Of a stretch of 64,000 nt of DNA, positions 52,832 to 64,000 are shown in pieces (within the stretch, counting starts at the first letter, position 1; each line of letters starts with the position of its first letter). The position numbers and the translations under genes are program-made. The stretch comes from Octopus sinensis (taxonomy: Eukaryota): contig NC_043006.1 of NCBI RefSeq assembly GCF_006345805.1, positions 51,956,001-52,020,000 on the forward strand, given 5' to 3'. The notes below the pieces were generated by a model. The model did no database searches. It was not told where the DNA came from and saw only the letters and a list, made by a program, of their open reading frames with translations.

Positions 52832-53053
52832 GTTATCGCCATACTAATAGGCATTCTTATAAAAATAAGAAAAAAGCTGTCCGCTTATTAGCTCCATGAG
52901 GCCATCGCCTTAAGTTAGCTATTCGATACACAAACTATCCATATAACCTTCGAACAAGGGAGGTCAGTCGCTCCACACTACTTGACCGACAGCTAATAAG
53001 CGGACAGCTTTTTTCTTATTTTTATAAGAATGCCATATTAGTATGGCGATAAC
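52832..53053. mobile_element. MITE-like foldback with TIRs of about 60 bp, TA-flanked
   Basis: GTTATCGCCATACTAATAGGCATTCTTATAAAAATAAG... / ...CTTATTTTTATAAGAATGCCATATTAGTATGGCGATAAC. Confidence 0.8.
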
Positions 53054-53115
53054 TATTAATTTCCAGGAACGCTGCCGTAATCTCTTTTAGAGAGACTTAG
53101 TAATTTTAATATTTC

Positions 53116-53185
<70 letters not shown>

Positions 53186-53204
53186 ATATATATATATATA
53201 TATA

Positions 53205-53433
53205 CCGAAGTAAACACATAAATGTGAAACAAGGTGGAAAAAAGAGTACTAAAATACCAGTGGTAGGGTAATATGCTTTATTTAAAGCAGCAGAAAATTC
53301 AGCAAAACCTGTTACTCTGAGTTTCCCGTTGCCGTTCATCGGACAGATTTTGCTAGAAAAAACTGTCCGATGAACGGCAACGGGAAACTCAGAGTAACAG
53401 GTTTTGTTGAATTTTCTGCTGCTTTAAATAAAG
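53205..53433. mobile_element. Hairpin family B element, third copy (hairpin 53276-53433; + HHR-like motif 53363-53400)
   Basis: Near-identical to 31195-31423; lies in (TA)n. Confidence 0.87.
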
Positions 53434-53443
53434 TATGTATATA

Positions 53444-53546
<103 letters not shown>

Positions 53547-53551
53547 TGTAT

Positions 53552-54098
53552 GGAAATAAAGGTCATGGTGGAAAATGCTAAAATAATTTTATAAAAAACA
53601 TTTCAATACCGGTTTCAGTCATTGAGACTTTTTCAACTGTATGTATATGGAAAACAATTAGATTTTGGAAAAACTAAAAGAAAAATTTTTAAAAAGAATA
53701 TTTGCATAGTATTCAAATACAAGGGACATTTTCCTTGTTTCTGCCTGTCTCTCTTTGTCTTGTTTATTCTTGTGGGTTCGAGGTCGTTGTTTGAAATTTC
53801 GTTAACTTAAAGCCGAAATGAATATTCCTCTGGTAAGTTAGGTTGCGGTTTACCTGTAATATATAAACGACATCGAACCCACAAGAGTAAACAAGAGAGA
53901 CAGAGACAGGCAAAAACAAGGAAAATGTCCCTTGTACTTGAATACTATGCAAATATTCTTTAAAAAATAATTTTCTTTTAATTTTTCCCAAATTCAATTG
54001 TTTACCATACTTACAGTTGAAAAAGTCTCAATAACTGAAACCGGTACTGAAATGTTTTTTATAAAATTATTTTAGCATTTTCACCTTGATTTTTTTCC
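53552..54098. mobile_element. Foldback (arms about 235 bp) with back-to-back U3-A8 hammerhead-like motifs at 53601-53642 (-) and 54011-54052 (+)
   Basis: CAG|TTGAAAA|AGTC tcaat GACT|GAAA|CCGGT|A|(C/T)TG; ACCGGT palindrome. Confidence 0.78.
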
Positions 54099-54108
54099 CT
54101 GAACCAAC

Positions 54109-54213
<105 letters not shown>

Positions 54214-54325
54214 ATATATATATATAATACTCCTTAATATTTCAGAGTTGAGTAAGATTTTAACAGTTTGAATGTCTTAGACATTATGAAAGCAATTAGG
54301 TTAGTATTATAGAAAGAATGCATAC

Positions 54326-54529
54326 CCTTCACAGATTCTGTAATAATGAGTTGGCTGATATTGAAGTCAAAAATACTGAAGGTCGACGATAATTCGGAAG
54401 TTACTTTCACAGCTACTTTCTCTATGCGATCATCCACATGGGCGTGTATTTCAACTGTCCTGTTGTTTGTAATTTCGTTAACTTCAAGCCGAATTGAATA
54501 TGCCTTTGGTAAGGTAGGAAGCGGTTTGC
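54326..54529 (-). CDS. Membrane protein exon (most 5' found): (G)KPLPTLPKAYSIRLEVNEITNNRTVEIHAHVDDRIEKVAVKVTSELSSTFSIFDFNISQLIITESVK(D)
   Basis: TATTACAG acceptor, G|GTATGC donor, 204 nt, phase 1 to 1; LPxLP..S..LE start parallels [13 protein letters not shown] of the second repeat. Confidence 0.82.
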
Positions 54530-57500
54530 CTGTAATATATAAAATGATATTCGGTTAATTTTATTATAAAGAAATTCAATAAGTTTTTTGCCAAACATGG
54601 CGATATGCTGAACAAAAGAAAATGCTTTGTAGCATTGCAGTATTTAGTTTTCTCCATGTCTACTGAGTTTAGATCACAGCGTAGCATTCCTCCGGGAATC
54701 AATCCAATATTCTGGATTGATTTTGGAAAGAATCATTATCATTATTATTGTTATTAAGGTATTGAACTGACAAAATCGCTAGACCAGCCGCTAAGACAAA
54801 TTTCAATCTCCCAGGATCGATAAAGTATAACACTAATTAAGTAGTGGAGTCGGTAGTATCGATTCTCTTTCCTGAAAATGGCTGGCCTTGGGCCTAAATT
54901 AGAAGCGGCTGGCAGAATCGTTATAGCGTCAGTCTAAATGTTTAGTGCCTTTCGCTCGGCTTTTTACATTTTCAGTGAAACACTACCGATGTCAACTTTG
55001 CTTTTCATTCGGCCAGCTTTCTAACAATTCTACGTATCCATCGCTTTACATTTGTATTTTATTTATCGAGCGGAATGGATAAATAGCAAAGCTGACCTTC
55101 AGCGAGATTTGAACTCAGAGAGAAGAGAATCAGAATGAATACTCTAACGACTTTACCAATTCACCATCTTACAACAAATACTACATTACAAGGTATTGCG
55201 CTTAACTATATTATACTACACAAAAATATACCAATGAGAAAGAGCATATATGTGACCGCTCGATCTAATAAGACCATCCAAGTCTCCCTCTGTTCACACG
55301 CTACTATCTTGAAAAAGGAAAGGACACATTGGTTTATGTAGTCATAGGCATGCTTTTATGAAGGTAGGATGTTTATGGCTGGTATGCTTTTGATAATAGA
55401 TTTACACAATCAGGATTGGCCTGAGGCTAAAATTCAGTAACATTCCAGTGAAATGGCCTCAATATGGTCACTCGATCTGCAAGAAATAGCAGCAAAATAA
55501 TCGTTTATCACATCCTACTATCTTTAGAAAGGAATTAATAATGTAACCCCCAGCCCTTGTGTCTAAAAACGATGACGAAATGGTCACGAAATGGTCATGC
55601 CTGTTCTAGCAAATTGGCTTGAACTTATTAAGAACAAAGCAATATTAAACAGTGCTTATACATTAAGATACATTCATATTTCAGTGTTTCATCTTCTTTA
55701 TTCCATAAATATTTCCCCACCTCTTTAGAATAATATTAAGATAAAATCATTTAAGAGCTCTTAAATGTTGTTACTTGTTTTATAGCACAGGAATAATTAA
55801 AAGAAAAAAAGTTGCTGTTATTGATGATATTTTATAGATAGCCATCCTTCGATACAGCTAAGCAATAGAATCTGATCATCAAAATGAGTGGTGAATTGAT
55901 AGCATCAATAGTGCGCCGGTGTTTGATCCGGTTCTATGTTCTTGGTTCATATCCCGCCTTTCATGATCCCAGACCCTGTAAAGTAAAGTACCAGTCAAAT
56001 ATTGAAGTCATTTTAATCAGCTGCTACTTGTACCATACAACTTTCTTTAAGTAAAAAAACTAGGGCTGAGAATTTATACTGTATCTTCTTAGCACAGTCA
56101 CTGTAGTAAAAGTAGAAAAACCCAGCGTCCACAGCACTCGCGTGGGAAGCAGTGGCACCAAATATCATTAACTTTGAAAAACATTGTATTCGACACTAGT
56201 CAACAGAAGAGGAGAATGAGAATTTGCTGATAGAAAATATTTCTTTTGTTAAGACTGTTATATATTTGCAGCCAATGTTGATATAGCAAACATTCTCCGC
56301 TAGTATACAGTAGCAGTAACGATACTTCAATAACAGAGACCCTATCAGTGAAAGATCTATGAAGTATTCCTAAAAATTCCTAGCGAAAACTTTATACAAA
56401 ACTTACTGAAAAAAAAATTTAAAGAATGTTATCTTCTTGATCATGACCCACAAATACATTTTACAGAGTCTGCCAAAATTGCTTACAATTTTCTTGGATT
56501 CTTCTCTCATCAGAAAATATCAAAAACTGACTATAAGTTATAGTTGACTTCATGGATGATTCACAATTTATTACACGGAGTTTCGTTATTATATTTCCCA
56601 GCACAAAAACATATTTTACCAATCTTTTGAAGTCCGATGGGTCTTTTGTTTTGTTTTGTTTTATTTTCTTTCGCATCAGACTGTCGCTTCTTTTCTTTTT
56701 ATCCTAGTTTTGATTTTGCTTTCATTATTGTAAATACAATTTTGAAAATTCCCTTGTAGCCTCAATGAAGTAGTTTAGCAGTGTCCATTTTCGTGTGGTT
56801 TATGCCTTAACTTTCCGCCGAGTGAATCATTGCCAAACGAGTCGGAAAGACTTCTTTTTACAGACCAAATTAGGAAACAGCACACTATTGCAGTTCTTAC
56901 AAGAGATTTGAAGGGGATCAACAATAACTTATCTAAAATGATGTATTTTCTGAACATGAAGATGTAGTTCTAGCTATATTATTCATGTGGGATCCCCAAG
57001 ATAAACCAACAGAGACTATGGGTCTTAACTTCTCTAATGACTTAAATGATAGAGTATAAACTAAAAGAAGAGAGAGCGAGGGAGATTATTTTGTTGAAAT
57101 GAATAGCAGTTGTGACTCCACGCTTTCGAAAGAGACATATTATCATGACCTCATTAAAGGTTGGTTTTGCGGTTTCTGTTTAAAGGAGCAGTGCAGGTGT
57201 GACGTGCATTGTGTAAACAGTAACATATTCACGACGCTAGTGAGTAGTATGCTAATAAGTGGAAAATGATATCATTTCCATAGGAGTGGTTATTGTTAGA
57301 GATGACTACATGTAGGTTTTAACGTACATGGGAATCAAACTTACTTGACAGCATTGTTGATAGAGTAAGCATTAATGAGAAAAGAGTTTTGTCAGTGTAT
57401 ATTGAGATCGTCTTTTCTAACTGATATCAAAACAAGGGATTGCCTAGTTAGGAAATTTGACGCTTTTTCGTTATTATTCGATATAGTACACGAATCAAAT

Positions 57501-57957
57501 AGTATTTCCTCATTGGCTCTTTACACATGGACCTATGTAGACGGTTATCTTTTCATCGGCATTTATTACATATCTAAATATGGACTATGACTATTGACTA
57601 AATGTTTACTAAATATAGACAATCAAAAACACCACGTGTTTTTTTTTTGACACGTCTTTCAGAAACATTCCAGCCTGATCGTCTATTTTCAAAGCGCTTG
57701 AAAACCTTTCAAGCACATTTTAAAAGTGTTCCAACCATAACCTCCCACTATAAAAATACATTCTAACCGTGTCCAAAGTCGCTTTTTAAAGCCCAAATCT
57801 TCCTCATGTCCAAAATCTATGGTATTTTTTTTATTTAAAGGACACATTAATCGTGTGTACACTGCACTTGAAATAGTGAAATACATTTGATTATCGAACT
57901 GTAGGATCAGAGATGAACTGGATTTAGACAACAATAAAAACTAGCGACAGAATTATG

Positions 57958-58021
<64 letters not shown>

Positions 58022-58026
58022 GTGTG

Positions 58027-58099
<73 letters not shown>

Positions 58100-58122
58100 T
58101 GTGTGTGTGTGTTGTGTGTGTG

Positions 58123-58343
58123 TGTAAATATAATATATGACAATTATTCGGTAGCCATGATAAAACTCCGAGTTTCGGATGTCGGGGCGGAAACCCACGC
58201 CGACATCTCTTCAGTTATCGGGCCATCGAAAAAAATGCTTTGGCCCAATAACTGAAGAGATGCTGGCGTGGGTTTCCGCCCCGACATCCGAAACTCGGAG
58301 CTTTATCATGGCTACCGAATAATTGTCATATATTATATTTACA
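58123..58343. mobile_element. Hairpin (arms about 103 bp) with back-to-back canonical-core hammerhead-like motifs at 58159-58219 (-) and 58248-58307 (+)
   Basis: Minus strand: GATAA|CTGAAGA|GATGTCGG-14nt-CCGACATC|C|GAAA|CTCGGAGT|T|TTATC. Confidence 0.82.
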
Positions 58344-58506
58344 GATAAATTCCTCTATTTACATAATATCGAGGTCCCTTTCATTCTTTTGTTGTCTTGC
58401 CATTTCTATCAATATATATATATAATTATTTGAGGGAATATATATCCAAACTTACAGGGAAAAAATTCAATTTAGAAATACTAAATCAAATTACACACAA
58501 TATAAA

Positions 58507-58682
58507 ATTAGAAAAAAAACACCTTTTATCAATTCAAAATGAACAATAAAATTATACCATCTAGTAAATTACATATAATAGAAATATTAAAATTAAAATA
58601 ATTTTAATATTTCTATTATATGTAATTTTCTAGATGGTGTAATTTAATTGTTCATTTTGAATTGATAAAAGGTGTTTTTTTC

Positions 58683-58686
<4 letters not shown>
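58507..58686. repeat. AT-rich palindrome (arms about 88 bp)
   Basis: ATTAGAAAAAAAACACCTTTTATCAATTCAAAATGAAC... pairs with ...GTTCATTTTGAATTGATAAAAGGTGTTTTTTCTAAT; centre near 58597. Confidence 0.85.
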
Positions 58687-58760
<74 letters not shown>

Positions 58761-58761
<1 letters not shown>

Positions 58762-58969
58762 GCCATGTTGAATCGCTAGCTTCTGCACGCATTTTTTTTC
58801 TCTCCTTGTTTCTCTCCGTGTTTCTTTTCTGTGTATCTTCCTGTTGAAGAGCGTAGGCTCGAAACGTAAAAGACTTGTTTTATTTATATTCCTGAGCGCC
58901 ATACTAATACAATTGTTTGTTTGTACTCCACCTGCCTTCGTCTTTTGTTTATTTTCATAAAGCTTCCCG

Positions 58970-59057
<88 letters not shown>

Positions 59058-59264
59058 CGCCATGTTGAATTGCTAGCTTTGCACGCATTTTTTTCTCTCC
59101 TTGTTTCTCTCCGTGTTTCTTTTCTGTGTATCTTTCTGTTGAAGAGCGTAGGCTCGAAACGTAAAAGACTTGTTTTATTTATATTCCTGAGCGCCATACT
59201 AATACAATTGTTTGTTTGTACTCCACCTGCCTTCGTCTTTTGTTTACTTTCATAAAGCTTCCCG

Positions 59265-59265
<1 letters not shown>
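58761..59265 (+). mobile_element. Two tandem 210-bp units (period 297 bp with (TA)n spacer), each with an A6U hammerhead-like motif (58836-58873, 59131-59168); retrozyme-like
   Basis: TCTTT|CTGTTGA|A|GAGC gtag GCTC|GAAA|CGT|A|AAAGA. Confidence 0.78.
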
Positions 59266-59301
<36 letters not shown>

Positions 59302-59304
<3 letters not shown>

Positions 59305-59483
59305 AGAGTTTACGAAACAAAACAGAAGACGAAGACAGGTGGTGTACAAAACAAACAGATGTATTAGTATAACGCTCAGGAATAGAAAAAGTCTTTTTAC
59401 GAGCCTACGCTCTTCTACAGAAGGGACACAGAAAATGAAGGAGAGAAAAAATGTGGGTAGTGGCTAACGATCTATCATGGCGA
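59302..59483 (-). mobile_element. Diverged inverted member of the same family (HHR lacks GAAAC)
   Basis: Minus strand: CTGTAGAAGAGCGTAGGCTC-GTAAAAAGAC; shares TTCCTGAGCG..ATACTAATAC. Confidence 0.7.
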
Positions 59484-59484
59484 C

Positions 59485-59543
<59 letters not shown>

Positions 59544-59568
59544 CATACACACATACATACATACATAT

Positions 59569-59675
<107 letters not shown>

Positions 59676-60156
59676 TATATAGGGTACTGCTGTCATCGAA
59701 CATACTGTAAGCACTAGAGTCAGTGATCATCGATACAAATATCATTGTTCAGATCCACAGAAATATCAAAAAACAAACATTCTTTAGATAAGACCTGAAA
59801 AATAAATGATGGAATGGCCAAGGATAGAATGCCTTCTACAATAGGCCTGCTGATTCAGGGGCTAAATAACAAAAAACAGCGAAAACAACTAACAAGTTCA
59901 TGTTTGCCTTTGTACTGCTGTCGCACCTCGCATTACTTTGACTCACATAGTGTGTGTCTAGTATATTTTGTTTAATAATACACCAGTCAAAAGTCGTTAA
60001 AACCAATTACATGAATTTAGCTTTTTTTTTATTATCTCGACTTGGAGGAAGAAGCTGTATCTAATACGTTTGCAAACTTTTCAACACCTATCAGATCGAC
60101 GCTGTTAATGTACCTCTGAGATATTCATAAACTGATTGATATCTGTAGGAAATATG

Positions 60157-60302
60157 TGTGGTAAGAAGCTTGCTTCCCAACCGTATGGTACCGGGTTCAG
60201 TCCCACTGCGTGGGACCTTGGGCAAGTGTCTTCTACTATTGCCATGAGCCGACCAAAGCCTTGTGAGTGTTATGGTAGACGGAAAACTGGAAGAAGCCCG
60301 TC

Positions 60303-60339
<37 letters not shown>

Positions 60340-60527
60340 TATATATATATATATATATATAGTATCTGTGTGTGTGTGTGTGTATGTATGTATCTGTTTG
60401 TCTGTGTTTGTCCCCCAACGTCGCTTGACAACCGATGTTGGTGTGTTTACATCCCGTAACTTAGCGGTTCAGCAAAAGAGACCGATAGAATAAGTACTAG
60501 GCTTACAAAGAGTAAGTCCTGGAGTCG
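60157..60527 (+). mobile_element. SINE family D (3' truncated)
   Basis: GTGTGGTAAGAAGCTTGCTTCCCAAC...GAAGCCCGTCG(TA)n...GAGTAAGTCCTGG. Confidence 0.82.
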
Positions 60528-61728
60528 TGGTGGTGGCTGCAGAGGCGGCGGTCGCGGTGGTGGTTGCGAAGAAGAAGAAGAAGAAGAAGAAGAAGAAGAA
60601 GAAGAAGAAGAAGAAGAAGAAGAAGGAGGTGGAGGAGGAGGAGGAGGATAAGGAGGAAGAGGAGGAGGAAGAGCAGAAGAAAGTACACCAGTAGGATAGA
60701 GTTGAATTACGTTCAAGGAAAAATTAAAGCAGTTGCTACCTGCCCCTATTTAGTTTTGCTGAATCAATGAGGAGTATTGTAAGCGCTTACTTCATGAGTA
60801 CAGGCATAGCCGTGCTTCGATTCATTCAGAGATCAATCCCGCCCCTCTGCACCTTTCATATATGTATTCTAACTTAGTTTCGGTTCAACCCGAAACCTTG
60901 TTACTGCCACTGTCTTTTGGCGATGGATCTGACACGCCGCTCGATGTAACATTTCCACGTGACCCTAAGGTGACTTTAACAGAGATTCTAGCCAACCAGA
61001 TCTCTAATTTAAGGATAGCTTCTTTTCTTCGTACTCACAATTCTCGGAAACGTTTTAAAGGGCCACTGGTGCTGCACTTCTGCCTCTGACTAAGCCATGA
61101 CGGAAACGATTAAATTACTGATTTTGGAAAATGACAAAAATTGACCAGAAATACTTACTTTCTTTCGCGGAAGTTGAACATACAATCGGGTCTACAGCAG
61201 CTGCGGCAGCTATTAATAAGCTGCAATAAGTGCATGCTACGAGCAATGCATTGAATCTCATTTTGGCCCTGAAATTAAACACAAACAATTATCTATAGTA
61301 AGTAACGTGTTAACTATGTGAGGTGTTTTCCTACTCGTATGAAGAAGTGAATCAGTCTTTAAAAACTTTTTATACAAGTCTACTGTAAGGGCTCATACTT
61401 TGAAGGGTGAGGAGTGATATTGCAGCTAAAGGCTTTGTAATATCTCAAGAATAGAAAACTATAGTCATCCAATGAATGTTGAGAGCTGATGCGTAAGGAC
61501 CATTTTATCATGTAAAATCCCTATATTGAAGCAACATTCACACAGCCACCTCTTCATTATAAAGGTTCTTGATATATCTGCTTTGAGCCTACATGCTGAT
61601 GAAACTGGGGCTTAACCGGATTTTTAAGACATTTAGGCAGAGAGTCTAAGATATTCCTTTCAAGGGACGCCACCAAGTGGCAAAGTTATCCCACAGCTGT
61701 CACTGCTACTCATTTTCAGTTGAATGTA

Positions 61729-62322
61729 TTGCGTTGTCCGGAAAGTTCATGCCGATTTTTAAGGGAAAGAAAAAGGTCAATAAATACTTGCCATTACATT
61801 TTTAATCAACCAAATATGAACCATTTTGTTACACAATGCATCTCCATCTTTCCTTTAACTTGAAAATACCCTCTTCCCAGAATTGATATGGTTTCATGGC
61901 AAAGAATTCATCAAGGTATCTTTTTACGTCATCCAAGGAATTGAAATTTTTACCATTAAGACTATTCCGCAGAGATCTGAATAAGTGGAAATCCGAAGGA
62001 GCAATGTCTGATTTGCTGTGGGGCTCTTATTTTCACTGTATTGAAAGTGTTTTACGTAGAATATGTGCGGTGCCGAACCGCAGCAATTTTTGTCTGGTCC
62101 CCAAAGCACCAAGTGCCAAAAACGAACTTTTATCTTCTATTTTAAAGGGTTACAGAATTAACACAGGTTATAAGAACATAAACCTTTTTCCACGAAAAGA
62201 TAGCTTAAACTGTGCTCTAAATGGAGGTGTAGTCAAATCCTATTTTATGGACTCAACCAAGTTCTAAAATAAGTCGAAAGGAAAGCTACTATAAATCGGC
62301 ACGCACTTTCCGGACAACCCAA
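61729..62322 (-). mobile_element. Internally deleted mariner element
   Basis: TA|TTGCGTTGTCCGGAAAGT ... ACTTTCCGGACAACCCAA|TA; minus-strand SDIAPSDFHLFRSLRNSLNGKNF...KERWRCIV. Confidence 0.9.
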
Positions 62323-62940
62323 TACTTCAGAAATGGAAAATGAAGTGCCTTGCTCAAGAACACCATGCACCGCCCTGTCTGAGAATCGAGCCCATCACCT
62401 AACGGTCTTGAGCTCTAAACCTTACTACTAGGTTATGTGGCCTCACACAGTAACGGATGTTGTACATAATAATGATCTTTGTTGCCAAATATACAGAAAC
62501 TGATGTTAGTGTATATCGTAACCCAATTTCTGCACCTGTGAGGATATAAGTCTTGCTCTCAGCCTATTCGAAATTCATATCATTCTCTATAGGGAAACTG
62601 AACGCTTTTAATACAATCAAATATGAAATTAAAACTAAGGATAAACAGAACATGTTGATATCCTAAATAGATAAAGAGATGGTTTAAAACTAAGGCATAA
62701 AACTATCAGTTTTCAGATGAGGAATTAAGTCAATACCATCGACTCAAGCACTTCACTGGTTCATTATAAGTTAGGAACCACGGAAAGATGAAAGACAAAG
62801 TTGGGCATGGCAGAATTTGAACGTAAAGTATCGGAAGGAAATATCTATTCACACTGTTATATATCTTTAGATCAACCGATTCAAGTTGGCCTGTGGAAAA
62901 AAACGTTCCTGTCGTAAAATGTCATTATTTAAGACATTTA

Positions 62941-63325
62941 AGGCAGCGAGTTGGTAGAATCGTTAGCGCCGAGCAAAATGCTTATCGGCATTTCGTCCGT
63001 CCTTACGTTCTGAGTTCGAATTCCGCCAAAGTCGACTTTGCCTTTCATCCTTTCGGGGTCGATGAAATCAGTACCATCGACTAGTCTCCTCTCCGCAAAT
63101 TTCAGACCTTGTTCCTTTTGGAGAAAGGATTATTTAAGACATTTGAAGGCGGCGAGCAAGCAGAATCAGCACGTCTGACAAAATGATTAGCAGAAGTTCT
63201 TCCAACTCTTGTTTTATGTTCTCAAATTCCGCCAAGATCAATAAAATAAGAACTAGCTGAGGTCGATGTGATTGATTTATCCCTTCACTAAAACTGTTAG
63301 CCTTGTGCTAGAATTTGAAACCATT
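62941..63325 (+). mobile_element. Two adjacent family C SINE copies
   Basis: Heads at about 62941 and 63148; core GTCGACTTTGCCTTTCATCC in the first copy. Confidence 0.75.
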
Positions 63326-64000
63326 ACTTAAGACAGTTGAGAGAAATTTGGCTGTTATTTTCGCAGACCGAGTTCACTTTGGCTCACATTCGTTGTAGTT
63401 GAGTTAGGAAGCTTTCTTTTTTCTTGTATTTGTGTGTGGGGAGTAGGGGGTGAGTATGCAATTGAGTCTTGTTTTAACTGGAAGCATTAAAATTGGTCAT
63501 AGAAGATAAGATAAGGTGAGAGTAGATGAAAGAAAATGAAATGAATCAAGATGGGATTACATAAATATAGTTCACAAAATAATCTACGAGATCTGATATA
63601 CGTAACCGTACTTAGAAATAGTTTAGGGTGTGGAAGGAGTTCGGAATCCATTAGACCGGAAGTAATATACACTGGGTGGAGTATTAATTAAGTTTGATAT
63701 ATAAAAATATATTTAAATATATTATTACATAAATATTATTATTTGGTGGATAGCATGAAAAAGGAAAAAACGAAAAATGAATTTATTCTTATTACAACAT
63801 TTCATTATACTGTAAAAAAATTAAGGAAGAAAACTTAAGCATTTTACTGCAGCTTTTAGTCTCTCTATATCTGTCTGTCTATATCTCTGTATCCATGTCT
63901 ATCTCTACATCTATCTCTCTCTCTCTCTCTCTGTATCTATCTGTCTACATCTTATCTATGTATCTATCTTATTTTTCTAATTAGCTAGCTCTCTCTCCCC

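Noticed and set aside
52885-52925. TAGCT-CCATGA-GGC/GCC-TTAAGTT-AGCTA as a hammerhead
   Set aside because: Lacks the G5/A6 and G12-A13-A14 core.
54234-54560. Minus-strand ORF first read as a PLE N-terminal remnant
   Set aside because: It has clean splice sites and phases and matches the protein's internal repeat, so it was reassigned as a host exon.
55677-55727. Candidate 51-nt exon VGKYLWNKEDETLKYE
   Set aside because: Weak donor (GTATCT); the stronger exon 54529-54326 already supplies this part of the domain.
60870-60900. GTTTCGGTTCAACCCGAAAC hairpin
   Set aside because: No recognisable 7-nt core or stem I.
63560-63680. Candidate upstream exon containing LLPHPKLFLSTV
   Set aside because: No convincing splice sites or phase link; the LPxLP start is already in exon 54529-54326.

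Overview
AT-rich eukaryotic genomic DNA packed with microsatellites and transposon relics. The SINE repertoire looks like an octopod cephalopod (recognition from memory, not a database hit). Three layers are visible. (1) One minus-strand protein-coding gene, for which 13 exons (54529 down to 26543) were assembled by hand. All have AG/GT boundaries and compatible phases, giving about 588 aa with no internal stop. The product looks like a type I membrane protein with two ependymin/LolA-like repeats, a C-terminal TM helix and a short basic tail; the 5' exon(s) were not found. (2) Many mobile elements: four tRNA-head SINE families, three mariner-type elements plus MITEs, four Penelope-like (PLE) remnants, two R4/Dong-type LINE pieces and Helitron/Helentron pieces. 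(3) The main hidden signal: about 26 type I hammerhead-ribozyme (HHR)-like motifs in roughly nine sequence families. They have palindromic stem III, and the core 3-8 pair covaries (C3-G8, U3-A8, G3-C8), with recurrent U4C and A6U variants. Most sit in back-to-back foldback elements inserted in (TA)n tracts. A 4.7 kb composite inverted repeat around a PLE carries ten of them. All ribozyme calls are by-eye structure parses and activity is untested. Minimal HHRs in PLEs are already known, so any novelty lies in the variant cores and architectures.
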